The notes below the pieces were generated by a model. The model was given only the letters and a program-made list of their open reading frames with translations. It was not told the origin of the DNA and did no database searches. Shown in pieces: positions 7,546-16,484 of a stretch of DNA of 32,034 nt (the stretch's first letter is position 1; the number at the start of each line of letters is the position of its first letter). A program made the position numbers and the translations under genes. The DNA comes from Elusimicrobiota bacterium (GTDB lineage: Bacteria; Elusimicrobiota; Elusimicrobia; UBA1565; UBA9628), in assembly GCA_027319565.1 (NCBI GenBank), contig DAHVNA010000024.1, positions 1-32,034 of the forward strand. The letters run 5' to 3'.

Positions 7546-8022
7546 CTACTCCGTTCGGGGGGCCCACAGGCCGGATAAAAGGCCCTCAAAGACGTCTTCC
7601 CCATCTTGGGGGCCGCCATCAAACTGCATCTGAACCTCGCTGAGAAGCTTGTTAGACCGGAAATAACCCTCTTCGCCAAAGGAGGCAAAACACGCGATCT
7701 TATCGCCTGGGAAAACTAATTTCTTGCACTCCGCCCGGCGAATCTCGGCGAAAAAACCGACCATCCGGCTTAGTTCCTCTTCGGAAACGCTACGGCTCAT
7801 ATAATAAATGCACCAGGCGACGTTCCCGATCTGGGCCGCCATTTCAATGAGTTTGGCGTGCGGAATAATCCAGCGCCCTAAAGACTCGACGGCGTCTTCT
7901 TCTTTCCAGGTATAGACGCCCAGGATATGATCTTCATCTAACTCCAATATATCGTCGACAAAGCGCATGGGGCGCTGTTGGGGAATTAAGGACAAAATTT
8001 TTTCTTTACTCCAGCCGCTCAC
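7546..8022 (-). CDS. FabZ/FabA-like hotdog-fold dehydratase (degenerate active site)
   Basis: LIPQQRPMRFVD, LIEMAAQ and VFPGD motifs; the catalytic HF is absent. Confidence 0.75.
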   Translation of the reverse strand: MSGWSKEKILSLIPQQRPMRFVDDILELDEDHILGVYTWKEEDAVESLGRWIIPHAKLIEMAAQIGNVAWCIYYMSRSVSEEELSRMVGFFAEIRRAECKKLVFPGDKIACFASFGEEGYFRSNKLLSEVQMQFDGGPQDGEDVFEGLLSGLWAPRTE

Positions 8023-8025
8023 TTC

Positions 8026-9216
8026 TCACTCTCTCCTTTTTAGGTTGCCTCCAACCGACATTGGAGTTTTCAACGGATAATCCGCATAGCGAATACGCAA
8101 ATGGCATCCCACCTGGGCATTGATACAGCTTAAAATTAAACGGCCGTCCGCGAAAACGCGCGCATCTCCCTTGACAAACACGTCTGTCGTTCCCGCGGGA
8201 CGAATCAGTTTATTAATTTTTACATCATAGATTATTTGACGGTCTTTCGGGAGGACTTGATCGAAAATCTCGACTTTCTCAAGCCCCAAGGCTCGCCCAA
8301 CGCCGGCGGCGCCGCTCCAGGTCAGAAAAAGCCCGAAGATCTGCCACACCGAGTCAATCAACAAAGCCGTCGGCTTAATTCCGCCGTTCATTGGGTAAAA
8401 CCATTCCAGGTCGCTGTTGTTTCGACAAGCCAAAACCTCGCCCGTCCCGGCAAAGCGGTCAAAAGACAAGCGCGGAACCGAATCAATCCCCAACATGAGA
8501 GCGGAAGGAAGAAGCCCCATCTCAACCGGCGGATTTTCCACCAGATTCCCCTGGGACAAAGCGATGATTTCCTCGCGCGATAAATGATCCTTGGACAAAA
8601 ATTCCTGATAACTGAACCGCTTTTCAAACGGGGCGCGGGATCTCTCGGAAACGACCGGGGATGGGTTTTCCGCGCTTTTCTCCCAAAAAGCGGATCCAAT
8701 CTGCGCCGATCCAATGGAATAAATCGGGGCGTCTCCAAGAAAAACGGAAGCGGAAGCGCTCATTAAAAAATCGCTTCCCTCTTTTTCAATTGATCGAATA
8801 TCCACTACATAGACGATTTTTGAGTCATAAGGACGTATCTGACCGGAAAAGACGACTTCGGAAAATTCCAAGTCCTTATCGCAGCCGGAAAGGCCCCTCC
8901 AAGCGGCGAAAAATTTCATGGATTGCCAAACCGCGTCCAAGCCCCAACAGCCCGGCATCACCGGGTCGCCGACAAAATGGCAGGAGTAAAACCAATCGTC
9001 TACTTGGTTTCGCCGAACGGAGACAATTCGGCCCGTTTGGGAAGTCTCATCCCAGGAAATGGACTCAATTTCGTGAAAGGGCAAAAGAAGAAAGTCCGAT
9101 ATTTTGGGAAGGCCCTTGGGAGCGTCTTCCAGCAACTCCCCGCGAGCATATAATTTAATCTCGGAAAAGCTAAAACTTGAGCGAGCTTGAAACTCATTAA
9201 ATTTCATCAGAGTCAA
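8026..9216 (-). CDS. fabA: Tandem two-domain FabA-like 3-hydroxyacyl-ACP dehydratase/isomerase
   Basis: Domain 1 has WFYSCHFVGDPVMPGCWGLDAVWQ (FabA signature) and FSGQIRP. Domain 2 repeats the fold (LIDSVWQIFGLFLTWSG..GRALG). The start may be ATG at 9207. Confidence 0.78.
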   Translation of the reverse strand: MTLMKFNEFQARSSFSFSEIKLYARGELLEDAPKGLPKISDFLLLPFHEIESISWDETSQTGRIVSVRRNQVDDWFYSCHFVGDPVMPGCWGLDAVWQSMKFFAAWRGLSGCDKDLEFSEVVFSGQIRPYDSKIVYVVDIRSIEKEGSDFLMSASASVFLGDAPIYSIGSAQIGSAFWEKSAENPSPVVSERSRAPFEKRFSYQEFLSKDHLSREEIIALSQGNLVENPPVEMGLLPSALMLGIDSVPRLSFDRFAGTGEVLACRNNSDLEWFYPMNGGIKPTALLIDSVWQIFGLFLTWSGAAGVGRALGLEKVEIFDQVLPKDRQIIYDVKINKLIRPAGTTDVFVKGDARVFADGRLILSCINAQVGCHLRIRYADYPLKTPMSVGGNLKRRE

Positions 9217-9280
9217 AAACCATCGTTATACCCTATTCAAGCACAAATTTGGGAAGATAAACAGGGAAGATTTCCCGCCG

Positions 9281-10228
9281 CTAATTCGCGCTGTCGCCGG
9301 GAAGAAGATTCTGGGGGACATCCTTAAATGAAACCGGTTTTCCATTCTCGAAGTTAAGAATCCACGCGCGGTCAAAGACGTCTCCTTTCCATGAGTCCGG
9401 GCCCGAGTCCCAGCCTAAATAATGGACGAGATTAACGATATCATGGTGTTCCCAACAAATCAAGATCATCTTGCCGGCATAGCTGGCGTTCGAGAGAATC
9501 GCCTGAACCATCGCAAGACCGTCTTTTTTCGCGTAATCTTCGATAATTTGAAGCCCCAAACTTTGGGCCAGAGGGGTCACCGTCTCTATCGGGCGAAAAC
9601 TGCCGTCATCGGAACTGGGCTTCATCGCGTAAATCGCGGCGGGCGGACCGTATTGGGTGACTTCCGGATTGCTTTTAAAAAACCCCACCAGGGCCTGGGC
9701 CCGGGCGCGGCCGCGATCGTTGAGATGGTTTCCCACCGGCGGCTTTTCCCCATGGCGAATGATGATGACCTGGCCCGGTCCGGGATACACGCTTGAAGGC
9801 AGTAGAAATCGAGAGGACAAGGCCGCGGCGATCGCGGAAGCTTTTTTGAGAACCGAACGACCGGACAGCGCCAACGCCTCCGGCGCGGAAATGTTTTGAG
9901 GCCGAGAAATCTCCGGTTGAGAAACAGTAAAATCCCTAGGCGAGAGATTTGAAGTCTTGGTCTCTAAATGAGAAAGACCTACCGCCGAGGGCGTAACCTT
10001 TAAAGCTTTTTGGCTTTCCGGGAGAACCCTCCCCCTGTCTTGCGAGAGAGAGTCCCCATTGAGCGCGGTTGAGTCCCCCAAAGGCAATGAGTCCAGACCC
10101 GCCGCTATTTCCGGAGCGCTGATGATTGGTGCGGGAGCGTCCGCGCCCTTATATTCGGAATATTGGGCGCAGTAAAGGCGCGGGATAAGTCCCCCCAAAA
10201 GCGCCAGCGCCAAGAGATTTCTTTTCAT
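9281..10228 (-). CDS. Signal-peptide histidine phosphatase superfamily protein
   Basis: Leader MKRNLLALALLGG; Ser/Pro/Ala-rich linker; IIIRHGEKP, RPIETV and CWEH motifs. Confidence 0.85.
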   Translation of the reverse strand: MKRNLLALALLGGLIPRLYCAQYSEYKGADAPAPIISAPEIAAGLDSLPLGDSTALNGDSLSQDRGRVLPESQKALKVTPSAVGLSHLETKTSNLSPRDFTVSQPEISRPQNISAPEALALSGRSVLKKASAIAAALSSRFLLPSSVYPGPGQVIIIRHGEKPPVGNHLNDRGRARAQALVGFFKSNPEVTQYGPPAAIYAMKPSSDDGSFRPIETVTPLAQSLGLQIIEDYAKKDGLAMVQAILSNASYAGKMILICWEHHDIVNLVHYLGWDSGPDSWKGDVFDRAWILNFENGKPVSFKDVPQNLLPGDSAN

Positions 10229-10230
10229 TT

Positions 10231-11994
10231 TTAATTCCGCTTAAACCAGCCCCCTTTTTTGGCGTTTAAGGCGTCCAGATCTTCTTGAATCCGCGGATTG
10301 TCCTTGGCCAATTTTTTGAGCGTGCGGTAATTTAAAATCCAAAACGGAAGAGCTAATCCCCACAAAAGCAGCGTCGCGACCGGAATCCCATGGGTGTAGC
10401 GCAGTAAAAAAGGGTCGAGAAAAAGACCGGGAAATTTGACGATAAAGCGCGCGATGGCCAAGGTTTCCCGGGTCATCGTCACTCCCTTGACGGTAGAAGC
10501 CGCAATCGCGGATGAATGAAAAATTTTTCCGATCAAGCCGCGCAGCGGAACCTTCATTCTGACCGGAAAAAACCACGGTTTCATGAAATATTTTTGGTGA
10601 ATTTTAGGAATGACGTTCATCACCGTAGACAAATAGCGATCTCCAAAACCAACCAGCCAAACCATGATATTGGTCTGCCAGGTAAAAATGACGTGCCAAT
10701 TGCCATGCGCCTGCATGACGGCCAAGGGATAAAATAAAAGAGCGCTGACCATCATGCGCTTGGTCGATTCCCAACTGCGATTATCCCCTCTTTGAACAAA
10801 GGCGGCGTAACTGTCGCTAAAAACCGCCAGCATCAGCGCGAAAATTCCCGAGGCGATGGCCGGGCCCCAGGTAAAAGCGTTGACGTTCGGGTTAAAATGA
10901 GCGGCCAAGGCCGCCATCCCGTAAGCCAAGCCGAACTGAATTGAGGCCGAAAGCGTCCCGCGGAAAACATCTCCGTAGTGAACCGGCTCAAGAGTGCCTT
11001 TAATCCAATGCTTCCACCAGCGAAAACTGCGGCGCACGAAAGACGGGTTTGTTTTTTTATCCCCCAGCGCCGGAGAAAAAAAGGCCTTGTCATTGGCGGC
11101 GTCAATCATCAAGACCGCGCGGTAAGGCTCGCCAAAAGAGCCTTTCAAAAGGCCCAGGGGGTGCACCTTCCGGTTAATCAAAAGCCGCGAACGATAGGTG
11201 TCCAAGCGTTTTGAAGCTAGAGGTTCATCCAGAAAATTCCCGGTTTTTTTGCCCGATCTCTCAAATTGGATGGGAGGCAGGCCCGCGTTGGCCGATAAAG
11301 CGGGATTGGCGATGACCGCAATCAAGGGACGGCGCCCCTTGACGGCAAAACGAAGCGCCACCTGCCCTTCAATTAATTTGGCCTCGATTTCCCCCACTCC
11401 CGGCTTTGAGACATGAAAGCGGCTCTGCTCCACGTCGCGGATAAACAAAGCCCGGTCGGACTGGTATTCCGGAGAGTTGAATTTTGAGTCGAGCTCCTGG
11501 ACAAATTGGGAATAGAGATCGAAGAAATCGGATTCCCGCAAAAGGGTCTCGGGGGAATGCTCTTTAAGGGCGGAAGAAATTGAAGAATAAATTTGAGAGA
11601 CCGAGCGGATTTTTAAAGCCGCCGGGGCCAAGGCGGCGCTAGTTTGAGGCAAAGCGGTTTCTTGCTTGGAAACAACTGGACTAAAAGACGGAGAGGCAGA
11701 TTCAAGACTTACTTTTTTTTGTGCCGGAGGGGTCAACGACTTAATCGGCGGTAAATCCGCGATGGATGGGGAAATTGCGGCAGGTAAATCATTCGGATTA
11801 GGCGAAGAGTCGACGGCAGGAAAATCGCTAGGCAAGGCGCCGACAAGATTTAAATGAGGAAGGCTTTCGGGAAGAGATTCCCGAAAGCCTTCGGCGCAAA
11901 GAGGCGAGACGGCAACGGATAAAGCCTGGGCCAAGCCCAAGAAAACCGCAAGGGCCTTTGAGGCTTGTGTCCGAGACGGTCTACAAGGTTTCAA
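10231..11994 (-). CDS. Hypothetical exported/membrane protein
   Basis: 587 aa; signal-like N-terminus ending SPLCA; Pro/Ser-rich linker; several hydrophobic segments in the C-terminal half; no family recognised. Confidence 0.75.
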   Translation of the reverse strand: MKPCRPSRTQASKALAVFLGLAQALSVAVSPLCAEGFRESLPESLPHLNLVGALPSDFPAVDSSPNPNDLPAAISPSIADLPPIKSLTPPAQKKVSLESASPSFSPVVSKQETALPQTSAALAPAALKIRSVSQIYSSISSALKEHSPETLLRESDFFDLYSQFVQELDSKFNSPEYQSDRALFIRDVEQSRFHVSKPGVGEIEAKLIEGQVALRFAVKGRRPLIAVIANPALSANAGLPPIQFERSGKKTGNFLDEPLASKRLDTYRSRLLINRKVHPLGLLKGSFGEPYRAVLMIDAANDKAFFSPALGDKKTNPSFVRRSFRWWKHWIKGTLEPVHYGDVFRGTLSASIQFGLAYGMAALAAHFNPNVNAFTWGPAIASGIFALMLAVFSDSYAAFVQRGDNRSWESTKRMMVSALLFYPLAVMQAHGNWHVIFTWQTNIMVWLVGFGDRYLSTVMNVIPKIHQKYFMKPWFFPVRMKVPLRGLIGKIFHSSAIAASTVKGVTMTRETLAIARFIVKFPGLFLDPFLLRYTHGIPVATLLLWGLALPFWILNYRTLKKLAKDNPRIQEDLDALNAKKGGWFKRN

Positions 11995-14638
11995 ATTTTA
12001 AGCCCTCTCCATTAGAGTTCACGATGACACGCAAACGCTGCGGAGCGTCCGATTTAAGCGATTCCATGGCCAGAGGGCGCGCCAGATAAGCGTCCACCGC
12101 GCGGCGCATGGGCCGAGCCCCATAAGAAGCGTCATAGCCCTTTTCAATCAAGAAGTCGCGAGCCTCAAGGCTGATTTCAAGATCGATATTTTTTTCTTTG
12201 GCTATATTTTTAATCTGAGCGAGCATTCCGTCCAGGATTTGGCTCGCCGCCTCGCGGCTGAGAGGATTAAAAAACACGACGTCTCCGATGCGGTTATAAA
12301 ACTCGGGAGGCAAGAGGCCTTTAATTCCCTCTCCGGCAACGGCTTTTCTATCCGCCAGAGACGGATCGGCCGAATCCGAGTTAAAGCCGAGATGGCGCGG
12401 CTTTTCAACAAAAGCGCGGCTCATGTAATTGGCGCTCATGACGATAATCGCATGGCTAAAATCCACGAGCTTGCCGGTCCCATCGGTGAAGCGCCCTTCA
12501 TCCAACACTTGAAGCAGCAAGTTTAAGAACGCGGGGTTGGCTTTGTCAATCTCGTCAAGAAGGATGACGCTGTAGGGATTGCGCCTGACTTTCTCGGTTA
12601 AATCCGACTCTAGGCGCGACTGAGAGATATTTCCCTGGTATTCCGACATGTCAAGACGAATGAGATTTTTCTCGCTCCCAAAGAGAAACTCGGCCAAGGC
12701 TTTTCCCGTTTCCGTTTTTCCCACTCCAGTCGGTCCGGCGAAGAGAAAGCTCAAGGGCCCGGCCGAAGTCTTAAACCCGGCGCGATCAGCCCGCACCGCT
12801 TGGGAGATGACCTCAATGGCTTCCTGCTGGCCTTTGATTCTTTGGCTGAGATAATCATCGATGCGGGAAAGCCTATTTTTTTCGTCTTGCCCCAAATTTT
12901 CGACTGGAACCCCGCTGATCTTAGAGACAATCGCCCTTACATCCGCCTCCGTCACGAGATTGCGCCCGGAAGAGCGGACAAAAGAGCCCACGCCGTCCAT
13001 GACGTCAATAGCGCTGTCAGGGAGATTCCGCCCGTAAATATAACGCGAGGAAAGACTCGCGATCGTCTTAAGAACCGCGTCGTCATAGCGCACGCCGTGG
13101 TGCTTTTCAAAACCCGGTCTTAAGGCTTTGAGAATTAAAACCGCCTCATCCGCCGTCGGGGCCTTGACGGAAATAGTCTGAAGCCGCCTTTCCAATGCGG
13201 AGTCTTTTTCAATGTATTTTCGATATTCGTCAAAGGTCGTCGCCCCGATCACCTGAACCCGGCCCCGAGCCAACGCGGCTTTAAGCATGTTGGCCATGTT
13301 CATTGAATCTTTCTCGCCACCGGAATTGGAGTTGGCTCCGACGATTTGATGCATCTCATCAATGAAAAGAATCACATCGGGGTTTGCCTCAAGCTCTTTT
13401 AAAAGCTTGGTCACCCGCGCCTCGAATTGCCCCCGATATTGAGTTCCCGCGAGCAAAGCGCTAATATCAAGCGAAATGATTCTCTTTCCTTTAAGAACTG
13501 GGACTTCTCCCGCGGCGATTTTTTGAGCCAAGCCTTCGACAATCGCGGTTTTTCCAACTCCGGCTTCTCCAATCAAAACCGCATTTCTTTTTCTCTTTTG
13601 GGTCAAAACGTCAGTCAGTTCTGAAATCTCTTTATCGCGTCCATAAACCGGATCCAGTTTCTTCTCCCGCGCCTCTTGCGTCAAATCCGAGCCGAATTGA
13701 TCCAAGGTCGGGGTTTGAGCGTGCGCGGGAGTGGCCGCGAGATGATCGTCATATTCCTCTTCCGTTTCGCGGTCCCAGCCGTTTTGCAGATCGCGGTTAG
13801 CCGCTTTCTCAATGCGAAGGCCTTCTTCTAAATCTCTATTTTCCATGTCGCGCAATTTTGCGGCGCGCTCAAATCGTTGGGAAAATTGCGAGTAATTTGA
13901 ATAGAGTCTTTCCCTAGACCCTTCAATGCCGTGCCGCCGCTCGATGCTTTGAATTAACTCAGAAAGCTGGTCGACCCTACGAACAAATTCAGGATGGGTA
14001 ATCTCGCCCGCATTTGTCGTCTCTTTAATTCCAAGGCGGCGCTCGAACCGGATAAGCATCAAAAGAGATTGGATATTGACCCCGTATCTATTTTTTCCTT
14101 CGGAAGCGCTCCCTGGCGATGCCCCGTCTTTTTTTCCGTCATTAAAAACGTCCTTGAGCTTGGCTAAGCTTTTCTCAACGCGGGCTTGGGAGTCTTTTAA
14201 AGAGTCTTCTTTTTTATTATCTCCACTATTAGAAGAACCGGGAGTTCCTTGATTGTCATTCGCGGATTTCTTTTCGGCTTGAGCGGAATCGTCTTTTCCG
14301 GAGTTGCCCTGGTTTTGATCTTGGGCCTTGGCGGGAACCGCGTTTAAAATCGCGGGGATTTCGCCCATGGGAGCGCTGAGCGGCGGGAGATTTAAATCAA
14401 GACCCGGTCCATTCGGCAAAACCTCTTCCGCGTCATTGGGCGCTAAAAAATTGTTCGGGATATCGGCGGGCAAGCGCGTGTTCTCAAGACCGGTAGAAGC
14501 CTCCGAAGCGGCACCATTTTCCCCGAGATTCGCGGCAAAAGACGCGCGCGATGAATAGCTCAAGGACGATCCCATCAAAACGACGGCCAAGGCAAGACTA
14601 AGAAACCGACGGGACAACTGCGATTTTTCTGTGTTCAT
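11981..14638 (-). CDS. ClpA/ClpC-like double AAA+ ATPase with N-terminal signal peptide
   Basis: GEAGVGKT/LFIDEMH and GPTGVGKT/LLDEIDK; AGTQYRGQFE; YGARPMRR; no middle coiled coil. Start placed at ATG 14638, after AAAGGAGA (the ORF track starts at 14653). Confidence 0.9.
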   Translation of the reverse strand: MNTEKSQLSRRFLSLALAVVLMGSSLSYSSRASFAANLGENGAASEASTGLENTRLPADIPNNFLAPNDAEEVLPNGPGLDLNLPPLSAPMGEIPAILNAVPAKAQDQNQGNSGKDDSAQAEKKSANDNQGTPGSSNSGDNKKEDSLKDSQARVEKSLAKLKDVFNDGKKDGASPGSASEGKNRYGVNIQSLLMLIRFERRLGIKETTNAGEITHPEFVRRVDQLSELIQSIERRHGIEGSRERLYSNYSQFSQRFERAAKLRDMENRDLEEGLRIEKAANRDLQNGWDRETEEEYDDHLAATPAHAQTPTLDQFGSDLTQEAREKKLDPVYGRDKEISELTDVLTQKRKRNAVLIGEAGVGKTAIVEGLAQKIAAGEVPVLKGKRIISLDISALLAGTQYRGQFEARVTKLLKELEANPDVILFIDEMHQIVGANSNSGGEKDSMNMANMLKAALARGRVQVIGATTFDEYRKYIEKDSALERRLQTISVKAPTADEAVLILKALRPGFEKHHGVRYDDAVLKTIASLSSRYIYGRNLPDSAIDVMDGVGSFVRSSGRNLVTEADVRAIVSKISGVPVENLGQDEKNRLSRIDDYLSQRIKGQQEAIEVISQAVRADRAGFKTSAGPLSFLFAGPTGVGKTETGKALAEFLFGSEKNLIRLDMSEYQGNISQSRLESDLTEKVRRNPYSVILLDEIDKANPAFLNLLLQVLDEGRFTDGTGKLVDFSHAIIVMSANYMSRAFVEKPRHLGFNSDSADPSLADRKAVAGEGIKGLLPPEFYNRIGDVVFFNPLSREAASQILDGMLAQIKNIAKEKNIDLEISLEARDFLIEKGYDASYGARPMRRAVDAYLARPLAMESLKSDAPQRLRVIVNSNGEGLKFETL

Positions 14639-14692
14639 TATTTCTCCTTTCATCCTTCTGTAAAGGATAAGATAAGGAGAACGTTCTGAACA

Positions 14693-14731
14693 GGGTCCTT
14701 AGGCCCAACAAAGCCCTGGGCCTTTTGGCCC
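14693..14731. promoter_or_regulatory. Pair of palindromic GGGYC-N4-GGCCC boxes (candidate regulator sites)
   Basis: GGGTCCTTAGGCCC at 14693-14706 and GGGCCTTTTGGCCC at 14718-14731, upstream of the signal-peptide operon. Confidence 0.5.
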
Positions 14732-14824
14732 CCAAAAAATCCTCGCAAAAATTCTTGGGCGAAATTTAGTTAGGGTTTTGCTCGTAGACAAGGTCGACAG
14801 ACTGGGAACGGAATATCGGAAGAG

Positions 14825-15047
14825 TTATTCTTCAGAGAAGAGTGTTCGGGCCTTTTCCAGGACTTCCGATAAGACATCCGCGGGGATGCGCCCTGCCCTA
14901 CGGGCTTTCCGGGCGCGCCAATCCAACTTTGGCGTTGTAGCTTTTGGGCGATAAGACCAAGGCTGGATGAGCATCTTTCATCTCACGCCCCACTTGGGGA
15001 GTAAAATTAAGCCACACCAAATCGCCTCTATCGGGAGCAAAGCCCAC
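14825..15047 (-). pseudogene. mazF: MazF/PemK toxin pseudogene (internal deletion and frameshift)
   Basis: The GTG-start frame gives MGFAPDRGDLVWLNFTPQVGREMKDAHPALVLSPKSYNAKVGLA, then stops at 14898. Another frame gives the MazF C-terminus LDWRARKARRAGRIPADVLSEVLEKARTLFSEE*. The middle of the protein is missing. Confidence 0.88.
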
Positions 15048-15286
15048 AAGATTTCTTTCCCGACGCGATGGCCGCTATTGATTTCGGAATGAAGATTTTC
15101 AGGCTTTATGGCGGCGAGCAAATCCTTTAGCTTAAGCCCCTTCTTGGGCGCCGGGCGAACGATGATTCCATCGTTATGAACGAGAATATTGACCGCCGTG
15201 CCTTTGACGATATGAACTTGTTGAGCGGCAAACTTTGGAAGCCGCACGCCAAGGCTATTGCCCCACTGCTGGACTCTCGTAATCAT
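14978..15286 (-). CDS. mazE: MazE/AbrB-family antitoxin with read-through C-terminal tail
   Basis: MITRVQQWGNSLGVRLP..LKDLLAAIKPENLHSEI..GKEIL; start reassigned to ATG 15286. Confidence 0.88.
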   Translation of the reverse strand: MITRVQQWGNSLGVRLPKFAAQQVHIVKGTAVNILVHNDGIIVRPAPKKGLKLKDLLAAIKPENLHSEINSGHRVGKEILWALLPIEAIWCGLILLPKWGVR

Positions 15287-15306
15287 ATAAACCCCTATAT
15301 ATACTA

Positions 15307-15346
15307 AGCATATACACCCCACTCTTTTTTGTCAGGGGGGTGTATA
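15307..15346 (-). promoter_or_regulatory. mazEF promoter with overlapping inverted repeat (putative operator)
   Basis: CTGACA (15330-15335), 17 nt, TATGCT (15307-15312). Perfect 10-bp inverted repeat TATACACCCC 15311-15320 / GGGGTGTATA 15337-15346. Confidence 0.6.
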
Positions 15347-15370
15347 CGCGCTGCAAGTTCAAAGAAAATA

Positions 15371-16150
15371 TCAGCTAAGCTCGATTCCAACCGGGCAATG
15401 ATCGGAACCCATAACCTCGGGAAGGATAAAGGCGTTTTTGAGGCGGGAACGCAGGTTTTTTGAGACAAAAAAATAATCGATGCGCCAGCCGACATTGCGC
15501 TCTCGCGCCCGCGTCAATTGGTCCCACCAGCTATAATGGCCGGGGCCTTTTTCAAACTCGCGGAAAGTGTCGATAAAGCCGTTTTGAAGCAAGCGATCAA
15601 TCCACTCGCACTCTTGGGGCAAAAAGCCCGAAACCCCGCGATTTTCCTTAGGACGCGCCAAATCGATCTCTTGATGCGCGGTATTGACATCTCCGCAGAT
15701 GACAATTTTATTTTCCCCCCGCGCGCGATATTTCTCGATCACTTTTAAAAGCTCTTCATAAAAATCCATCTTGAATTTCAGCCTTTCGGCATTTTTCTTC
15801 CCATTGGGGAAATAGATGTTAAAAAGGGTGAAATCGGGATAGGCGTAAACCAAGACGCGCCCCTCGGAATCAAAGCGCGAACCCTCAAATCCCTTGTCGA
15901 CGCGTTTGGGCTTTAAACGACTCAAGGTCGCCACCCCGCTATAGCCTTTTTTCTCCGCCGGAAAAATATCGAAAGAATATCCCTCTAGCCGCCGAATCTC
16001 TTCCGGCGCCTGATTTTCAAGGCATTTGGTTTCTTGAAGGCACAAGACGTCCGGAGATTCTTTTTTGAACCAATCCAGAAATCCTTTTTTATGAACCGCC
16101 CTAAGCCCGTTGACGTTCCACGATAAAATCTTCACTTTAAAAGGATACAA
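15371..16150 (-). CDS. xth: Exodeoxyribonuclease III
   Basis: [35 protein letters not shown]. The true start may be GTG at 16135. Confidence 0.96.
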   Translation of the reverse strand: MYPFKVKILSWNVNGLRAVHKKGFLDWFKKESPDVLCLQETKCLENQAPEEIRRLEGYSFDIFPAEKKGYSGVATLSRLKPKRVDKGFEGSRFDSEGRVLVYAYPDFTLFNIYFPNGKKNAERLKFKMDFYEELLKVIEKYRARGENKIVICGDVNTAHQEIDLARPKENRGVSGFLPQECEWIDRLLQNGFIDTFREFEKGPGHYSWWDQLTRARERNVGWRIDYFFVSKNLRSRLKNAFILPEVMGSDHCPVGIELS

Positions 16151-16159
16151 AATTGCCCC

Positions 16160-16188
16160 TTGACGAAATCAAAATCGGGCATTATACT
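16160..16188 (+). promoter_or_regulatory. Near-consensus sigma70 promoter
   Basis: TTGACG (16160-16165), 17 nt, TATACT (16183-16188). Confidence 0.75.
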
Positions 16189-16206
16189 GAAAATTAGGAA
16201 GCGAAC

Positions 16207-16377
16207 ATGAAAAGAAATGTCTCTAAGAAATCTCGCGGCGGGAAGGGAGAAAAACCTTTAGAACTCTCTCGCGATTGGCAAGATCTCCAAATGCAGTTCG
16301 ATCAGATGAATATGGATTGGGGAGCTCTTGCCGCTCAAGTGGACGTTTTTAAAGACTCCGATTCCTTTCAGCGCTAA
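16207..16377 (+). CDS. Small hypothetical protein, 56 aa (not in ORF track)
   Basis: MKRNVSKKSRGGKGEKPLELSRDWQDLQMQFDQMNMDWGALAAQVDVFKDSDSFQR*; preceded by the promoter and an AGGA RBS; fills the xth-rarA gap. Confidence 0.65.
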   Translation: MKRNVSKKSRGGKGEKPLELSRDWQDLQMQFDQMNMDWGALAAQVDVFKDSDSFQR

Positions 16378-16484
16378 TTAACGCCGGTCCCAAAGCCTCG
16401 GGGAAAAACGCCCCGCCTGCCTAAGACTGTCCCAAGAATGTCCGCCTCTCATAAATCAGAAACTCGCCAAAAGAAACAGAACGC

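Noticed and set aside
11981..14653. ClpB or T6SS ClpV
   Set aside because: No ClpB middle domain, no Clp N-domain, and no T6SS genes in the window.
15287..15322. N-terminal extension of mazE given by the ORF track
   Set aside because: Overlaps the predicted promoter; family similarity begins at ATG 15286.
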